From Halomicronema hongdechloris C2206 (GTDB lineage Bacteria; Cyanobacteriota; Cyanobacteriia; Phormidesmidales; Phormidesmidaceae): a DNA stretch of 32,000 nucleotides. The stretch is from the NCBI RefSeq assembly GCF_002075285.3, contig NZ_CP021983.2, positions 780,001 through 812,000 of the forward strand, in the 5' to 3' direction. Shown here piece by piece: positions 1 to 10,290 of the stretch. Under the pieces are notes generated by a model. That model was not told where the DNA came from, ran no database searches, and worked only from the letters and a program-made list of their open reading frames with translations. The position numbers were made by a program, and so were the translations under genes. The stretch's first letter is position 1. The number at the start of each line of letters is the position of its first letter.

Positions 1-1
1 T

Positions 2-283
2 CTGCAGGACAATGGTCGGGCCCGGTTGGTGGGTGATGTCACCTTTGGCAAGGGGCTGATTCAATCTCTGTTTGATTTGCCGGGAGAGGCTGGCTTAGCG
101 GTGACCGTGGCTAAGTATGAGACCCCTAACCACCACGATATTCATCGCCTTGGCATCACTCCCGATAAGGTGGTCGAGGCTGTTCCCACGCCAAGAACGC
201 AGTTTGGCTCAGATCAGGATCAGCAGTATCAGGCGGCGGTGGAGATGCTAACCGCCCCAGCGGTGATTGCCGGTGCCCAGTAA
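2..283 (+). CDS. C-terminal processing peptidase (S41 family), 3' end only; 5' part lies outside the window
   Basis: The frame is open from the window edge. The translation LQDNGRARLVGDVTFGKGLIQS... matches the conserved S41 'ALQDxxRAxLVGxxTFGKG' region. Confidence 0.75.
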   Translation: MQDNGRARLVGDVTFGKGLIQSLFDLPGEAGLAVTVAKYETPNHHDIHRLGITPDKVVEAVPTPRTQFGSDQDQQYQAAVEMLTAPAVIAGAQ

Positions 284-1547
284 ACCCTACCGTACCTATC
301 ATGACCCCCTGCATGGGGCGATTACACTGGATGGTCAGGAGCCTACAGAGGCCCTACTGATTCGCCTCATCGATACGTCTCCCTTTCAGCGGTTGCGCCG
401 CATTCGGCAGTTGGGACCAGCCAGTTTGACCTTCCATGGGGCCGAAAGTTCTCGATTCACCCATTCTCTGGGGGTGATGTTCATTACCCGGCGGGTGTTT
501 GATCGCCTGGCCCAGGAGCACCCGATTTTGCGATCGCATCGCACCGCGGTGCTCTGTGCTGCCCTATTGCACGATATTGGCCATGGCCCCTTTAGCCATA
601 CCGCCGAAAACATCTTCGGCTGCCATCACGAGCAATGGACCCGCCGGATTTTACAGCAAGCCCCGGAGGTGCGATCGCAACTGCAGCAAGTCTCTCCCGA
701 TTTAATTGCAGCCATCGACCAGATTTACACTCACCAGCATCCGGTGCCCTTGGTCTGGCAGATAGTCTCTAGCCAGCTCGACTGCGACCGACTCGACTAT
801 CTGCTGCGGGATAGCTACTTCACCGGCGCTCGCTATGGTCACCTCGATCTCGATCGGATTTTGATGGCCCTGGAGATGGACACTCTCACCCAGCAACTCG
901 TCGTGGCCCGCAAGGGATTAGCGGCCATCGAGCACTATCTAGTAGTGCGCTACTTCATGTATGCCCAGGTCTATAACCATCCCAAGAACCTTACCGCCGC
1001 CTGGGTGTTAGAACAAGCCTTGCAACGGGCCCGGGAACTCCTATACCACGGTGCCTTAGACGCCGATGCCACCGTTCAAGCCTGGTTGACACAGCCCAAC
1101 CACCAGCTCGCCCTCGACACTTACCTCAGCGGCGATGACATTGTCTTTCTCTATCACCTACACCGCTGGCAACACCACAGTGACCCATTGTTGTCAGACC
1201 TATGTCGCCGGTTTCTGGATCGTGATTTGCTGAAAGCACTGGAAGTAACCCCCCTGCCAGACAACCAGCACACCGCATTACTGCAAATGCTACAACACCA
1301 AATGCAGCAGCAAGGATGGGAAGCAGCCCGCTATAGTGGCCTGCGCCGTATCTGGAGCCGGGGCTATACCCTCTATCAGCACGGCATCCTAGTGCGCACC
1401 GGCAATGGCCTGCAAGACATCAACCAACTCTCGCCAGTTGTGCAGACGCTGACCCAGGCCCATGCCCGTCTATGGCTATTGTACCCCCGCGCCTGGGAGC
1501 AGTCTGCCCATCACCTCTATCATCAGCTACAGCAGCGGAGCCACTAG
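267..1547 (+). CDS. HD-domain phosphohydrolase (COG1078 / dNTP-triphosphohydrolase-like)
   Basis: Motifs HSLGV, LLHDIGHGPFSH and DCDRLDYLLRDSYFTG are present. The TTG start at 267 is uncertain (GTG 273 is an alternative). It overlaps the preceding gene by 17 nt. Confidence 0.8.
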   Translation: MPVPSKPYRTYHDPLHGAITLDGQEPTEALLIRLIDTSPFQRLRRIRQLGPASLTFHGAESSRFTHSLGVMFITRRVFDRLAQEHPILRSHRTAVLCAALLHDIGHGPFSHTAENIFGCHHEQWTRRILQQAPEVRSQLQQVSPDLIAAIDQIYTHQHPVPLVWQIVSSQLDCDRLDYLLRDSYFTGARYGHLDLDRILMALEMDTLTQQLVVARKGLAAIEHYLVVRYFMYAQVYNHPKNLTAAWVLEQALQRARELLYHGALDADATVQAWLTQPNHQLALDTYLSGDDIVFLYHLHRWQHHSDPLLSDLCRRFLDRDLLKALEVTPLPDNQHTALLQMLQHQMQQQGWEAARYSGLRRIWSRGYTLYQHGILVRTGNGLQDINQLSPVVQTLTQAHARLWLLYPRAWEQSAHHLYHQLQQRSH

Positions 1548-2219
1548 GCGCAGCGCCTCTAGATCGAGTTGTTGCAGCTGCTCGTAGGCATTGGCAATGA
1601 TCCGATCTCCCCGTAAGAAACCGGTATTAGCCGCTGGACAAAGATAGGCTAAGGTCTCGGGGGAAAACGCCTGGGCTAGCCGCTGCACCTGTCGCAGTTG
1701 GCGTGGCCAGTGAAAGGTCTTGCTAAAGCGTAGGGGCGTCGGTCGTCCCTGGGGATCCGGCAACAGATGGCGCCCCGTAAAGAGTACGCCGCCATAGGCC
1801 TCGTAGTACAAACAGGCGGAACCGGGCGAATAGCCTGGTGTCCATAGGGCACGGCAGGTGGGGCTGAGGTCGATGGTTTGTTGAAAGGTGGTGGGCTGCA
1901 ACTGGGGCAGTAAGTAAGCCTCCTGTTCCTGAATCACCACCTCACAGCCTAAGGCCTTTTGGAACTCGTTAACTTGGCCAATGGCCCCCCGATGACTCAG
2001 GCACAGCCAGCGAACGCCGCCCTGCTGCTGCAAAAAGTCCACGTTAGTCTGATGCCAAGCTGGTGTATCCACCAGCAGGTTCGCCGACCGTCCCTGGGCA
2101 TCATTCTCTACAATGAGGTAAGCAGTAGCCCCTAACGTCTCCCGATTGGGGGGAAACGCGAATACCGTGTCCAGGATTTGGCGAGGCAACTTCGGGGAAG
2201 TTGCCGTCGGTGCAGTCAT
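1527..2219 (-). CDS. Metallo-beta-lactamase-fold protein with degenerate metal-binding motifs
   Basis: The layout is MBL-like: LLVDTP..., LCLSHRGAIG where THxHxDHxG is expected, TPGYSPGS where PGHTPGS is expected, and FTGRHLL where FTGDxLF is expected. Confidence 0.5.
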   Translation of the reverse strand: MTAPTATSPKLPRQILDTVFAFPPNRETLGATAYLIVENDAQGRSANLLVDTPAWHQTNVDFLQQQGGVRWLCLSHRGAIGQVNEFQKALGCEVVIQEQEAYLLPQLQPTTFQQTIDLSPTCRALWTPGYSPGSACLYYEAYGGVLFTGRHLLPDPQGRPTPLRFSKTFHWPRQLRQVQRLAQAFSPETLAYLCPAANTGFLRGDRIIANAYEQLQQLDLEALRLVAPLL

Positions 2220-2599
2220 AGCTATCCCCTATGATTCGCTGTTGATATCGCTCTCAATGGTAGCCAATGCCTGTCCCCTCTGTGGATTACCCTGACCGAG
2301 GACCGGTAGGATGGAGAGGGTGATCACTTGCACCGGTCAGTTTGGGCTATCAGGCATTTGGAATGTCTGAACCATTGAGGATAACAGTGGCTCACCAGCT
2401 TGTCTTGCTGCAGTCGTCGGGTAGCGCATGTATAACAAGGCACCAATGTCCCGTCCCATATCTAGCCCAGGTCGAGATCGGCCATGTTCTTCTAATCCCC
2501 CTTCACGGCCAAACTTGGACCTGCCCCAATGTCTCCCGGTAGACACTTTGGGATAATTGCTAACGTCAGGTAGGGTAACGATTTTTTTAACGGCTTATT

Positions 2600-4078
2600 G
2601 TGATATCGGCCATGCTTTTCTGGTTGCTTCTCCTGGGCATTTTTACCTACGTTGTGGTCAAGCGCAGCGTGGCTAATGTCACTCGCACGCCGACGTGGTT
2701 ACTGTGGCTGGTGATGATGTTGCCTGCCTTTAGCTTGGTGATCTGGGCTTCGGTGCAGGGCAGCGAAGAGCCTTTTCCCACGGTGCTGCTGATTAGTTTG
2801 TTTGTCCTATGTCCCCTACTGTACTGGTGGTTAATTCAGTGGGGCCGCCCGCAGCCTGCTGCTCAGGTCAAGGCTAGGCCCTCTGAGCGCACAACACTGC
2901 CATCATCAGAGGAATCAAAATCTACCCTACGCCCCATGAACCGGGATGAAGAAGCGACGCTGAAGCATTGCTTCCCCTGGACGGTTTATTACCTACAAAA
3001 CATCGAATATCGTCCCCAGGCCATGATCTGTCGGGGACAATTGCGGGCAACCCCAACGGTGGCCTACGAGACGGTGCGAGAGAATGTCCACTCTCGCTTT
3101 GGGGATCGGTTTCTGTTGGTATTTCAAGAGGGATTTAATGGTAAGCCGTTCTTCGCCCTAGTGCCTAATCCCCGCACTCAGACCCAGCAAATGTCTACCC
3201 AACCACCATTGACCCGGCCGGGATTGGCCCTGGGTTTATTTTTGACGACGGTGTTCACCACCACCGGGGTGGGCGCGATCATTGCCGGGGTGTCTGAAGA
3301 GACGCTGCAAGCAGACCCGGCCTCGATTTTGCGGGGATTGCCCTATGCCTTAGCCCTAATGGCCATTTTAGGGATCCACGAATTGGGACATTATCTGATG
3401 GCGCGGCGGTATCAGATTCAGACGACGTTGCCTTATTTCATTCCGGTGCCCTTCTTTCTAGGGACCTTCGGGGCATTTATTCAGATGCGCTCGCCGGTGC
3501 CTAACCGCCGCGCCCTGTTTGATGTGGGCATCGCTGGTCCTATGGCTGGCCTAGTCATTACCTTGCCTGTGCTGCTCCTGGGGTTACGGCTGTCAACTGT
3601 GGTGCCGTTAGCGGAGGAAGCCAGCTTACTTAATTTTGAGGCCCTCGACCCCAGTGCTTCGGTCATGGTAGCGTTGCTGAGTAAACTAGCCTTAGGCAGC
3701 CGCCTGACCCTAGAACATGCCATTCATTTGCATCCCATGGCGGTGGCTGGCTGTTTGGGGTTAGTGGTGACGGCTCTCAATCTGATGCCGGTGGGGCAAC
3801 TGGATGGCGGGCACATTGTCCATGCCATGTATGGTCAACGTACTGGGGCTATTATTGGTCAAGTGTCACGCCTACTCGTGCTGGCGCTGGCAGTGGTGCA
3901 TCCGGAATTGCTAATTTGGGCGATTCTGTTGTTTTTTATTCCGGCAGTGGATGAGCCCGCTCTGAATGATGTGAGTGAGTTGGATAATCAACGTGACCTC
4001 TGGGGTCTAATGTCCCTGGTTGTGCTGGTGATGATTGTCTTACCGGCTCCTTCCCCGCTGCTGTCGCTACTGTTTTGA
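2600..4078 (+). CDS. Site-2 protease family (M50) membrane metalloprotease
   Basis: HELGHYLMARR (HExxH) and NLMPVGQLDGGH (NxxPxxxLDG) motifs with multiple hydrophobic helices. GTG start at 2600; ATG 2612 is an alternative. Confidence 0.85.
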   Translation: MISAMLFWLLLLGIFTYVVVKRSVANVTRTPTWLLWLVMMLPAFSLVIWASVQGSEEPFPTVLLISLFVLCPLLYWWLIQWGRPQPAAQVKARPSERTTLPSSEESKSTLRPMNRDEEATLKHCFPWTVYYLQNIEYRPQAMICRGQLRATPTVAYETVRENVHSRFGDRFLLVFQEGFNGKPFFALVPNPRTQTQQMSTQPPLTRPGLALGLFLTTVFTTTGVGAIIAGVSEETLQADPASILRGLPYALALMAILGIHELGHYLMARRYQIQTTLPYFIPVPFFLGTFGAFIQMRSPVPNRRALFDVGIAGPMAGLVITLPVLLLGLRLSTVVPLAEEASLLNFEALDPSASVMVALLSKLALGSRLTLEHAIHLHPMAVAGCLGLVVTALNLMPVGQLDGGHIVHAMYGQRTGAIIGQVSRLLVLALAVVHPELLIWAILLFFIPAVDEPALNDVSELDNQRDLWGLMSLVVLVMIVLPAPSPLLSLLF

Positions 4079-4143
4079 GTCAGTAGTGGGTTGCTAGAGT
4101 ATGTGGAAGTCCCTGTGCTCTCTTGTCTGGTGAGGACAAATCC

Positions 4144-4581
4144 ATGGCCCACGATGTCACTCAGTGGCTAGCTGAAATCCGCACCCTGCAGCAGCAACTG
4201 GCCCAAGTACGTCAGGAGCGCGATGATGCCTATGCCAGTGCCGCTACCTGGCGGCGGCTGTATGAAACTGAGGCGCGACAGCGACGACAGGATACGCAGG
4301 CGTTGCGATCGCAGCTGCAGTCTCTGCAGGAAACCCTAACCCAGCTCAATGGTCAGGGGACTGATTTTCTAGAGCACGCGGTGGATCTGTCCCAGCAACA
4401 GATCTCGGACATCAATACTATCGACGAGTTGCGATCGCACCTAACGGCTGTCCTGCAGCGTTGCCAACAACTGCGTCAAGCCCTAGAATGCGAACGGCAC
4501 CAACACGGACAAACGCGCCAAGCTCTAACCACCGCCTTGGGAGACACCTTCGATCGGGTCAAAGGGTGGTCATCTAGTTAA
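4144..4581 (+). CDS. Hypothetical coiled-coil protein
   Basis: Gln/Leu/Arg-rich helical sequence. ATG 4144 is preferred over the track's non-ATG start at 4123. It is convergent with thrC, and the two stop codons overlap in TTAA at 4578-4581. Confidence 0.45.
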   Translation: MAHDVTQWLAEIRTLQQQLAQVRQERDDAYASAATWRRLYETEARQRRQDTQALRSQLQSLQETLTQLNGQGTDFLEHAVDLSQQQISDINTIDELRSHLTAVLQRCQQLRQALECERHQHGQTRQALTTALGDTFDRVKGWSSS

Positions 4582-5699
4582 AACCCCATAACCCCAGCCA
4601 AGGTCTCTAGATCAGCCGGCAACCCTCCCTTCACCTGATTTTGGCTGTGCTTAATTGCCGTGTCCGGATCTTTGAGCCCATTCCCCGTGAGCACACAGAC
4701 TACCGTTGCCCCAGCAGGCACCCGATCCTTAACCTTCAATAAGCCAGCCACAGAGGCGGCACTGGCCGGTTCACAGAAAATCCCCTCTTCTGCTGCCAGC
4801 AATCGGTAGGCTGCCAAAATCTCTTCATCAGTGACGGCTGAAAACTCGCCCTGACTCGCTTCCTGAACTGCCCTGGCCCGATCACGGTTAGCCGGATTGC
4901 CAATGCGAATAGCCGTAGCCACCGTTTCTGGATGAGTTACCGTGTGGTTCAGCACCATAGGTGCCGCCCCCGCTGCCTGAAATCCCATCATCCGAGGCAA
5001 GCGCTGGCACCGTTCCTGCTGGTGGTACTCACAGAATCCCATCCAATAGGCCGTGATGTTTCCAGCATTCCCCACGGGGATGCATAGCCAATCCGGAGCA
5101 TCTCCCAGAACGTCCACTACCTCAAAAGCCGCCGTCTTCTGCCCCTCCAAGCGAAAGGGATTGATGGAATTTACCAAGGTGACTGGATAGTGCTCAGCCA
5201 ATTGACGCACCATGGTTAAGGCCTGATCAAAATTGCCCTGAATGGCCAAAACCTCAGCCCCATAGAGTAGGGCTTGGGCCAACTTACCCATGGCCACATA
5301 GCCATCCGGGATGATCACAAACGCCCTGAGGCCACCGCGACGAGCATAGGCTGCCGCCGCCGCTGAGGTATTGCCAGTGCTGGCACAAATGACGGCTTCA
5401 GCCCCCATTTCCTTAGCCTTAGAGATGGCCAGGGTCATGCCTCGATCTTTGAAGCTGCCGGTTGGGTTTAAGCCGTCATACTTGACGAACACCTGCACCG
5501 AGCGACCGACACGCTCAGCAATCGCTGGCACCCTAATCAGCGGGGTATTACCTTCACACAGACTCACAATTGGGGTGGCATCTGTCACCGGCAGGAAAGG
5601 ACGATATGTTTCGATCAACCCTGGCCAAGGACGTGTACCAATGGCAGGATAGTCAGCCTGGGGACTCTCAGAGATAGGGCTATTTAAGCTCAGGGTCAC
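4578..5699 (-). CDS. thrC: Threonine synthase
   Basis: PLP-lysine motif GSFKDRGMT and [14 protein letters not shown], with length and overall pattern typical of ThrC. GTG start. Confidence 0.9.
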   Translation of the reverse strand: MTLSLNSPISESPQADYPAIGTRPWPGLIETYRPFLPVTDATPIVSLCEGNTPLIRVPAIAERVGRSVQVFVKYDGLNPTGSFKDRGMTLAISKAKEMGAEAVICASTGNTSAAAAAYARRGGLRAFVIIPDGYVAMGKLAQALLYGAEVLAIQGNFDQALTMVRQLAEHYPVTLVNSINPFRLEGQKTAAFEVVDVLGDAPDWLCIPVGNAGNITAYWMGFCEYHQQERCQRLPRMMGFQAAGAAPMVLNHTVTHPETVATAIRIGNPANRDRARAVQEASQGEFSAVTDEEILAAYRLLAAEEGIFCEPASAASVAGLLKVKDRVPAGATVVCVLTGNGLKDPDTAIKHSQNQVKGGLPADLETLAGVMGF

Positions 5700-6036
5700 G
5701 ATAGATCACTTGAACCGCGGCATCAGCAAGATTCGGTCTATCGTCGACACTGCTCCAGGTGAACCCAGGGACCTTAGTGACGTTTGAGCAATAGACCGTG
5801 TCCTTCAGTCTAACGTGTGCTCCGAACAGACCTACAGAGAAAATCCCTTGATCCACTTCAGAAACTGCCACAATTCCATCTAGACCACTGAGTTAGTCTC
5901 AATACCATCTGTAGCAGCTGATTTAGTTTAGAATCCATGGCATCGCTTCATCCATCTATCTGTCGATGCAATTTCAGGAGTTGGATGGGATGCTACTTAA
6001 GCATTCACCTAAATCGCCTGACGCCACGCTTAAATT

Positions 6037-6306
6037 GTGGAGCACCCGATGAGTATGCTGTCGGCCCCCTCTCGCTGCGAGCCCCCCTATGCCCTCCTAG
6101 AGCAATCCAGACGGCCCCCAGAAGCGTCCTTCCCCCATGCCATTGCTCCTACAAACTGGATTGCAGATCAGACATCTCCCTACTCCCTAGCTCACCAAGT
6201 CGAGTTACAGCACCTACAGGCAGAGGCCGATGCACTCTTACGGCAGCTGCAAGCCATTCAGCAAGCCCGAGGGACCTCACCCACTAGTACTCTGCAGCAG
6301 AAATAA
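6037..6306 (+). CDS. Hypothetical small protein (weak call)
   Basis: 89-aa ORF with a helical C-terminus (HQVELQHLQAEADALLRQLQAIQQ). It competes with the overlapping ORF 5937..6287 in another frame, and no motif was recognised. Confidence 0.25.
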   Translation: MEHPMSMLSAPSRCEPPYALLEQSRRPPEASFPHAIAPTNWIADQTSPYSLAHQVELQHLQAEADALLRQLQAIQQARGTSPTSTLQQK

Positions 6307-6512
6307 CGCCTCTATTGATCGTGGCATCCATGGGAAGGGTATCCCGTTTGAATAGGAGCACCTGTGTTGCAGCCATTGCCTTAATCCTACTCAGTTGTGT
6401 TCCCATTAGCACAGGCAGCTACCAAGAGGCATAGGAAGTAAGCCTCCTGTCGTTCCACCCGAGTTCCTGTGCCGCAGCGATGAGGTGATGATTTATCTGC
6501 TCATCTCGCTCA

Positions 6513-8051
6513 CTAGCCCAAAAACAGGTGATAGGCGGGGTTTTGGTTCTCGCCCCAGTAGGGATAGCCCAGGGTGTCTAAGAAGGCTTGCCAGTCGTCC
6601 ATATCTTGGGGGGGCACCTGAATCCCCGCCACGATGCGGCCGTAGTCGGAGCCATTATTGCGATAGTGGAACAGGCTGATGTTCCAGTTGGGGCTCATGG
6701 CGGTGACAAACTTCATCAGGGCTCCAGGCCGCTCCGGAAACTCGAAACGATAGAGTAATTCATCCTGGGCCAGGGGCGATTTACCTCCCACCATGTGGCG
6801 CAGGTGCATCTTGGCCAGTTCGTTATCGGTGAGATCCAGGGTAGTGAAGCCCTGAGACTCGAACTTGGCGGCAATTTCGGCGGCATCGACCCGGTCGCGG
6901 ATTTGCAGGCCGACGAAAATGTGGGCTTCTTCTTGGTGGGCGATGCGGTAGTTGAACTCGGTCAGGTTGCGTTTGCCGATACACTCACAGAATTGGCGCA
7001 GACTGCCGGGTCGCTCGGGAATGGTGACGGCGAAGATGGCCTCTCGCCGCTCCCCTAACTCGGCCCGCTCGGCCACAAACCGCAGCCGATCGAAGTTCAT
7101 GTTGGCACCACAGGCGACGGCTACCAGAGTCTGTCCCTGAATGCCCTGCTGTTCTGCATAGGCCTTGGCGCCGGCCACAGCTAGGGCGCCGGCCGGTTCC
7201 AAAATAGAGCGGGTGTCTTCGAAGACATCTTTGATGGCGGCACAGGTGTCGTCAGTGTCTACCCGAATGATGCGGTCGACATAGCGCTGGCAGAGGCGGA
7301 AGGTCTCGGCCCCGACTTGCCGCACCGCCACTCCATCGGCAAACAGGCCGACTTGCTCTAGCCGCACCCGCTGTCCAGCCTGCAGGGACTGGTACATGGC
7401 GTCGGCATCGGTGGGTTCGACGCCGATGATCTGGATCTCTGGCCTTAGCCGCTTGACATAGGCGGCAATGCCGGCAATCAGGCCACCGCCACCGATGGCC
7501 ACGAAGATGGCATGAATCGGTTGCTGATATTGGCGCAGGATTTCCATGGCGATGGTGCCCTGGCCCGCAATCACATCAGGATCATCGAAGGGATGGATGA
7601 AGGTAAGGCCCTTTTCTCGCTCCAGTTGGCGGGCATGGCTATAGGCATCGTCGTAGGTTTCGCCGTGGAGCACCACGTCGCCGCCGCGGGCTTTGACGGC
7701 GTCAATCTTCACTTGGGGAGTGGTGGTGGGCATGACGATGATGGCCCGACTGCCCAGATGACGAGCTCCCAAGGCTACCCCCTGGGCATGGTTGCCTGCC
7801 GACGAGGCAATCACGCCCTTGGCTAGGCTTTCTGGGGGTAAATGGGCCATTTTGTTATAGGCTCCCCGCAGCTTGAAGGAAAACACCGACTGCACGTCTT
7901 CCCGCTTCAGCAGTACCTGGTTCTGCAGTCGGGTGGATAGATTAGGGGCGACTTCCAAGGGGCTCTCTTGGGCCACGTCATAGACCCGAGCCAGGAGGAT
8001 GCGTTCTAGATAACCGTCGCTGGACATGGAGGGGAGGGTAATGGGCGACAT
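6513..8051 (-). CDS. ilvA: Biosynthetic threonine ammonia-lyase (threonine dehydratase)
   Basis: PLP motif SFKLRGAYN, a GGGGL glycine loop and a C-terminal regulatory region. ATG at 8051 (MSPITLPS...) is preferred over the track start 8105 and gives about 512 aa. Confidence 0.9.
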   Translation of the reverse strand: MSPITLPSMSSDGYLERILLARVYDVAQESPLEVAPNLSTRLQNQVLLKREDVQSVFSFKLRGAYNKMAHLPPESLAKGVIASSAGNHAQGVALGARHLGSRAIIVMPTTTPQVKIDAVKARGGDVVLHGETYDDAYSHARQLEREKGLTFIHPFDDPDVIAGQGTIAMEILRQYQQPIHAIFVAIGGGGLIAGIAAYVKRLRPEIQIIGVEPTDADAMYQSLQAGQRVRLEQVGLFADGVAVRQVGAETFRLCQRYVDRIIRVDTDDTCAAIKDVFEDTRSILEPAGALAVAGAKAYAEQQGIQGQTLVAVACGANMNFDRLRFVAERAELGERREAIFAVTIPERPGSLRQFCECIGKRNLTEFNYRIAHQEEAHIFVGLQIRDRVDAAEIAAKFESQGFTTLDLTDNELAKMHLRHMVGGKSPLAQDELLYRFEFPERPGALMKFVTAMSPNWNISLFHYRNNGSDYGRIVAGIQVPPQDMDDWQAFLDTLGYPYWGENQNPAYHLFLG

Positions 8052-8132
8052 TCTCACGCTACCACTGCCTGGGTATTTCCAGGACCATGGGAGAATCTGA
8101 AGCAAGTTCGTGGGGGGTAGTCTGTAGGGGCG

Positions 8133-9026
8133 ATGCAGGTCATCGGCATTGACTTAGGGGGCACGGCCATTAAGGCAGGGCGCTTTAACCAGGCGGGAGA
8201 CTGTCTGCAATCGCTGACTATGCCCACGGCGGCACCGCCGCACCCGGATCAGGTCTTGGCCCAGATGGCCGCTGCGATCGCATCCCTCGATCCTCACCAC
8301 CAGGTGCACGCCATCGGGGTCGGCACGCCGGGGCCAGCCGATGCCGCCGGCCGGGTAGCCCGCATTGCCATCAACCTAGCCGGCTGGATCGAGGTGCCCG
8401 TGGCCGACTACTTAGAGGCCAAGGGTGGCCGCCCCACGGTGGTGGCCAACGACGCCAACTGTGCCTGCCTGGGGGAGGCCTGGCTGGGGGCGGGACGACC
8501 GTTTCGCGATATCGTCATGCTGACCCTGGGCACTGGCGTCGGCGGGGCGGTAATGCTGAATGGTCAGCTGTTTTTAGGGCGCCATGGGGCCGCCGCCGAA
8601 CCCGGCTTAGTCACCCTAAACCCTGAGGGCCCCGCCTGCAATAGCGGCAATCGCGGCTCCCTAGAGCAATACTGCTCGGTGCAGGCGGTGCGGCGACAAA
8701 CCGGCCAAGAGCCCAGTCACTTGGCAGCTCGAGCCCGGGCCGGAGATGCCGATGCGATCGCATTTTGGCAACAGTATGGCCGCTGGCTGGGGGCCGGTTT
8801 AGCCAGTTCTGTCTACCTACTCACCCCGGAAGCCATCATTTTGGGCGGCGGCATCAGTGCCAGTGCCGACCTGTTTCTGCCCAGCACCCTAACCGAGCTG
8901 CAGCAACGGGTGATGGCCACTTCCTACGACAATCTACAGATCTGTATCGCCCAACTAGGCAGCCAGGCTGGCCGGGTCGGGGCCGCCAAATTGGCCCTAC
9001 AGCAGTTGGGGCTAGGCAGAGACTAG
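8133..9026 (+). CDS. glk: ROK-family glucokinase
   Basis: N-terminal IGIDLGGTAIK, ANDANCACLGEAW and GTGVGGAVMLNGQLFLG motifs. Confidence 0.8.
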   Translation: MQVIGIDLGGTAIKAGRFNQAGDCLQSLTMPTAAPPHPDQVLAQMAAAIASLDPHHQVHAIGVGTPGPADAAGRVARIAINLAGWIEVPVADYLEAKGGRPTVVANDANCACLGEAWLGAGRPFRDIVMLTLGTGVGGAVMLNGQLFLGRHGAAAEPGLVTLNPEGPACNSGNRGSLEQYCSVQAVRRQTGQEPSHLAARARAGDADAIAFWQQYGRWLGAGLASSVYLLTPEAIILGGGISASADLFLPSTLTELQQRVMATSYDNLQICIAQLGSQAGRVGAAKLALQQLGLGRD

Positions 9027-9065
9027 GACAGGGCGGCAGCCGTGAACTACACCGTGCCCTACTAC

Positions 9066-10028
9066 CTACTCGGGATATGGGCCCGAAATCGGCTGGCCAC
9101 ACACCCGAGTCAAGACCCAGTCCCGCATCAAGTCATTGACTAACTCTGGCCGCTCATCGTGGGGGCAGTGGCCTGCTGGTAAATAATGCTCCGTCAGCTG
9201 CGGATAATACTGGCGAAAGCGGGCGCCCCGCTGCCGCGTATCCATCCAGGGATCTCCCTCGCCCCAGAGCGTCAGCAAGGGGGGGCAGAGTCGAGTTAGC
9301 AGGACATCCACCGGTTCTCCCCGAGGCGCCTTAAACACCGAGGCAAATACCCTAGCCGCGCCAGCGTCACAAGCGGGGCGATAGATCGCCTCTACCAGAT
9401 CATCAGTCACCGCCGTGGCATCTAGATACACCTTCATCAAGGTCTTGCGAATGGTGGCCCGCCGCCGTACATACTGAAACAACAGCCAACTGGGCAGCGG
9501 CTGCAGCATGACACTGCGTAGGGCCTTAGCCAGGGCACCACCAATGCTAGATTTAGCCGTTGAGACCTGAGCATCCGAGAAGGGGCCAGCACTGTTCAGT
9601 AGCACCAGCCCGGCGGCAGCCTCTGGATGATTAGCGGCGACACAGAGACTGGCATAGCCCCCCAAGGAGTTACCGACCAACACCACTGGTTGCCCAATGA
9701 CTTGGGTAATAAAGTCGTGCAATTGGGCCTGCCAGAGATCACCGCTGTACTGCCAGGGGGGTTTAGCCGAGCGGCCGAACCCCACCAAATCGATGGCCCA
9801 CACCTGAAACTGATGTTGGAGATCGGCCAGGTTCTTCCGCCAGTGGTCGGTAGACGCCCCAAATCCATGTACCAATAGCAACGGCGGGCGATCGCCTGGG
9901 GGGGGTCCGGCTTGAACGTAATAGACTGGCTGTCCTCGCCAGGTCCAGTGCTGGCCAACACCAGAGGAATCAATGGGATTACGGTCAGAAATCGTCACCA
10001 TCGCGGTTAACCATCGTGAATAAACCAT
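9066..10028 (-). CDS. Alpha/beta-fold hydrolase
   Basis: LLLVHGFGAS oxyanion motif, GNSLGG nucleophile elbow and a C-terminal GHCPHDE histidine. The start is ambiguous: ATG at 10028 or 10001, and the track start 10139 is probably too long. Confidence 0.75.
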   Translation of the reverse strand: MVYSRWLTAMVTISDRNPIDSSGVGQHWTWRGQPVYYVQAGPPPGDRPPLLLVHGFGASTDHWRKNLADLQHQFQVWAIDLVGFGRSAKPPWQYSGDLWQAQLHDFITQVIGQPVVLVGNSLGGYASLCVAANHPEAAAGLVLLNSAGPFSDAQVSTAKSSIGGALAKALRSVMLQPLPSWLLFQYVRRRATIRKTLMKVYLDATAVTDDLVEAIYRPACDAGAARVFASVFKAPRGEPVDVLLTRLCPPLLTLWGEGDPWMDTRQRGARFRQYYPQLTEHYLPAGHCPHDERPELVNDLMRDWVLTRVCGQPISGPYPE

Positions 10029-10290
10029 GTTCGAGTCCAGCCCCGAAGGGTTGTCTAGGAAAGACTGCCAGGTCTGGAGCGGAGCTGGGTACCTCCCTAT
10101 TCCAGACCAAACTAGCCATAAGCCCTTTAATCTCAGCACTTTTCCCTAGCAAGTCCTTCAGGCTGTTTTGATGGTAGCGAATCCCCTCTTAAATCCAGGG
10201 AACTAGCTTCCAGGCTGCTATCGGCAGCTGACAAAACTTGATAGGGTAACACTGCTTTCGTGTCGCATTCGTATCAGGTGGTCCAGTGCT

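Noticed and set aside
2337-2546. Two mutually antisense ORFs (2337..2546 minus, 2342..2542 plus) in the MBL / site-2 protease intergenic region
   Set aside because: They occupy the same DNA on opposite strands, have no motifs and odd composition (Arg/Gly/Cys-rich), and sit in a divergent promoter region. I also looked for known riboswitch or ncRNA signatures there and recognised none.
4578-4581. Convergent genes sharing the tetranucleotide TTAA as overlapping stop codons; also the 21-nt convergent overlap at 1527-1547
   Set aside because: Short 3' overlaps of convergent genes are common in compact bacterial genomes and have no specific implication.
5680-6287. ORFs 5680..5871 (minus) and 5937..6287 (plus) in the thrC-ilvA spacer; possible riboswitch or ncRNA upstream of thrC
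   Set aside because: 5680..5871 overlaps the thrC start and its translation looks non-protein-like. 5937..6287 is Cys/Arg/Pro/Ser-rich and overlaps 6037..6306. I recognised no known riboswitch consensus (TPP, cobalamin, glutamine, SAM) in this spacer.
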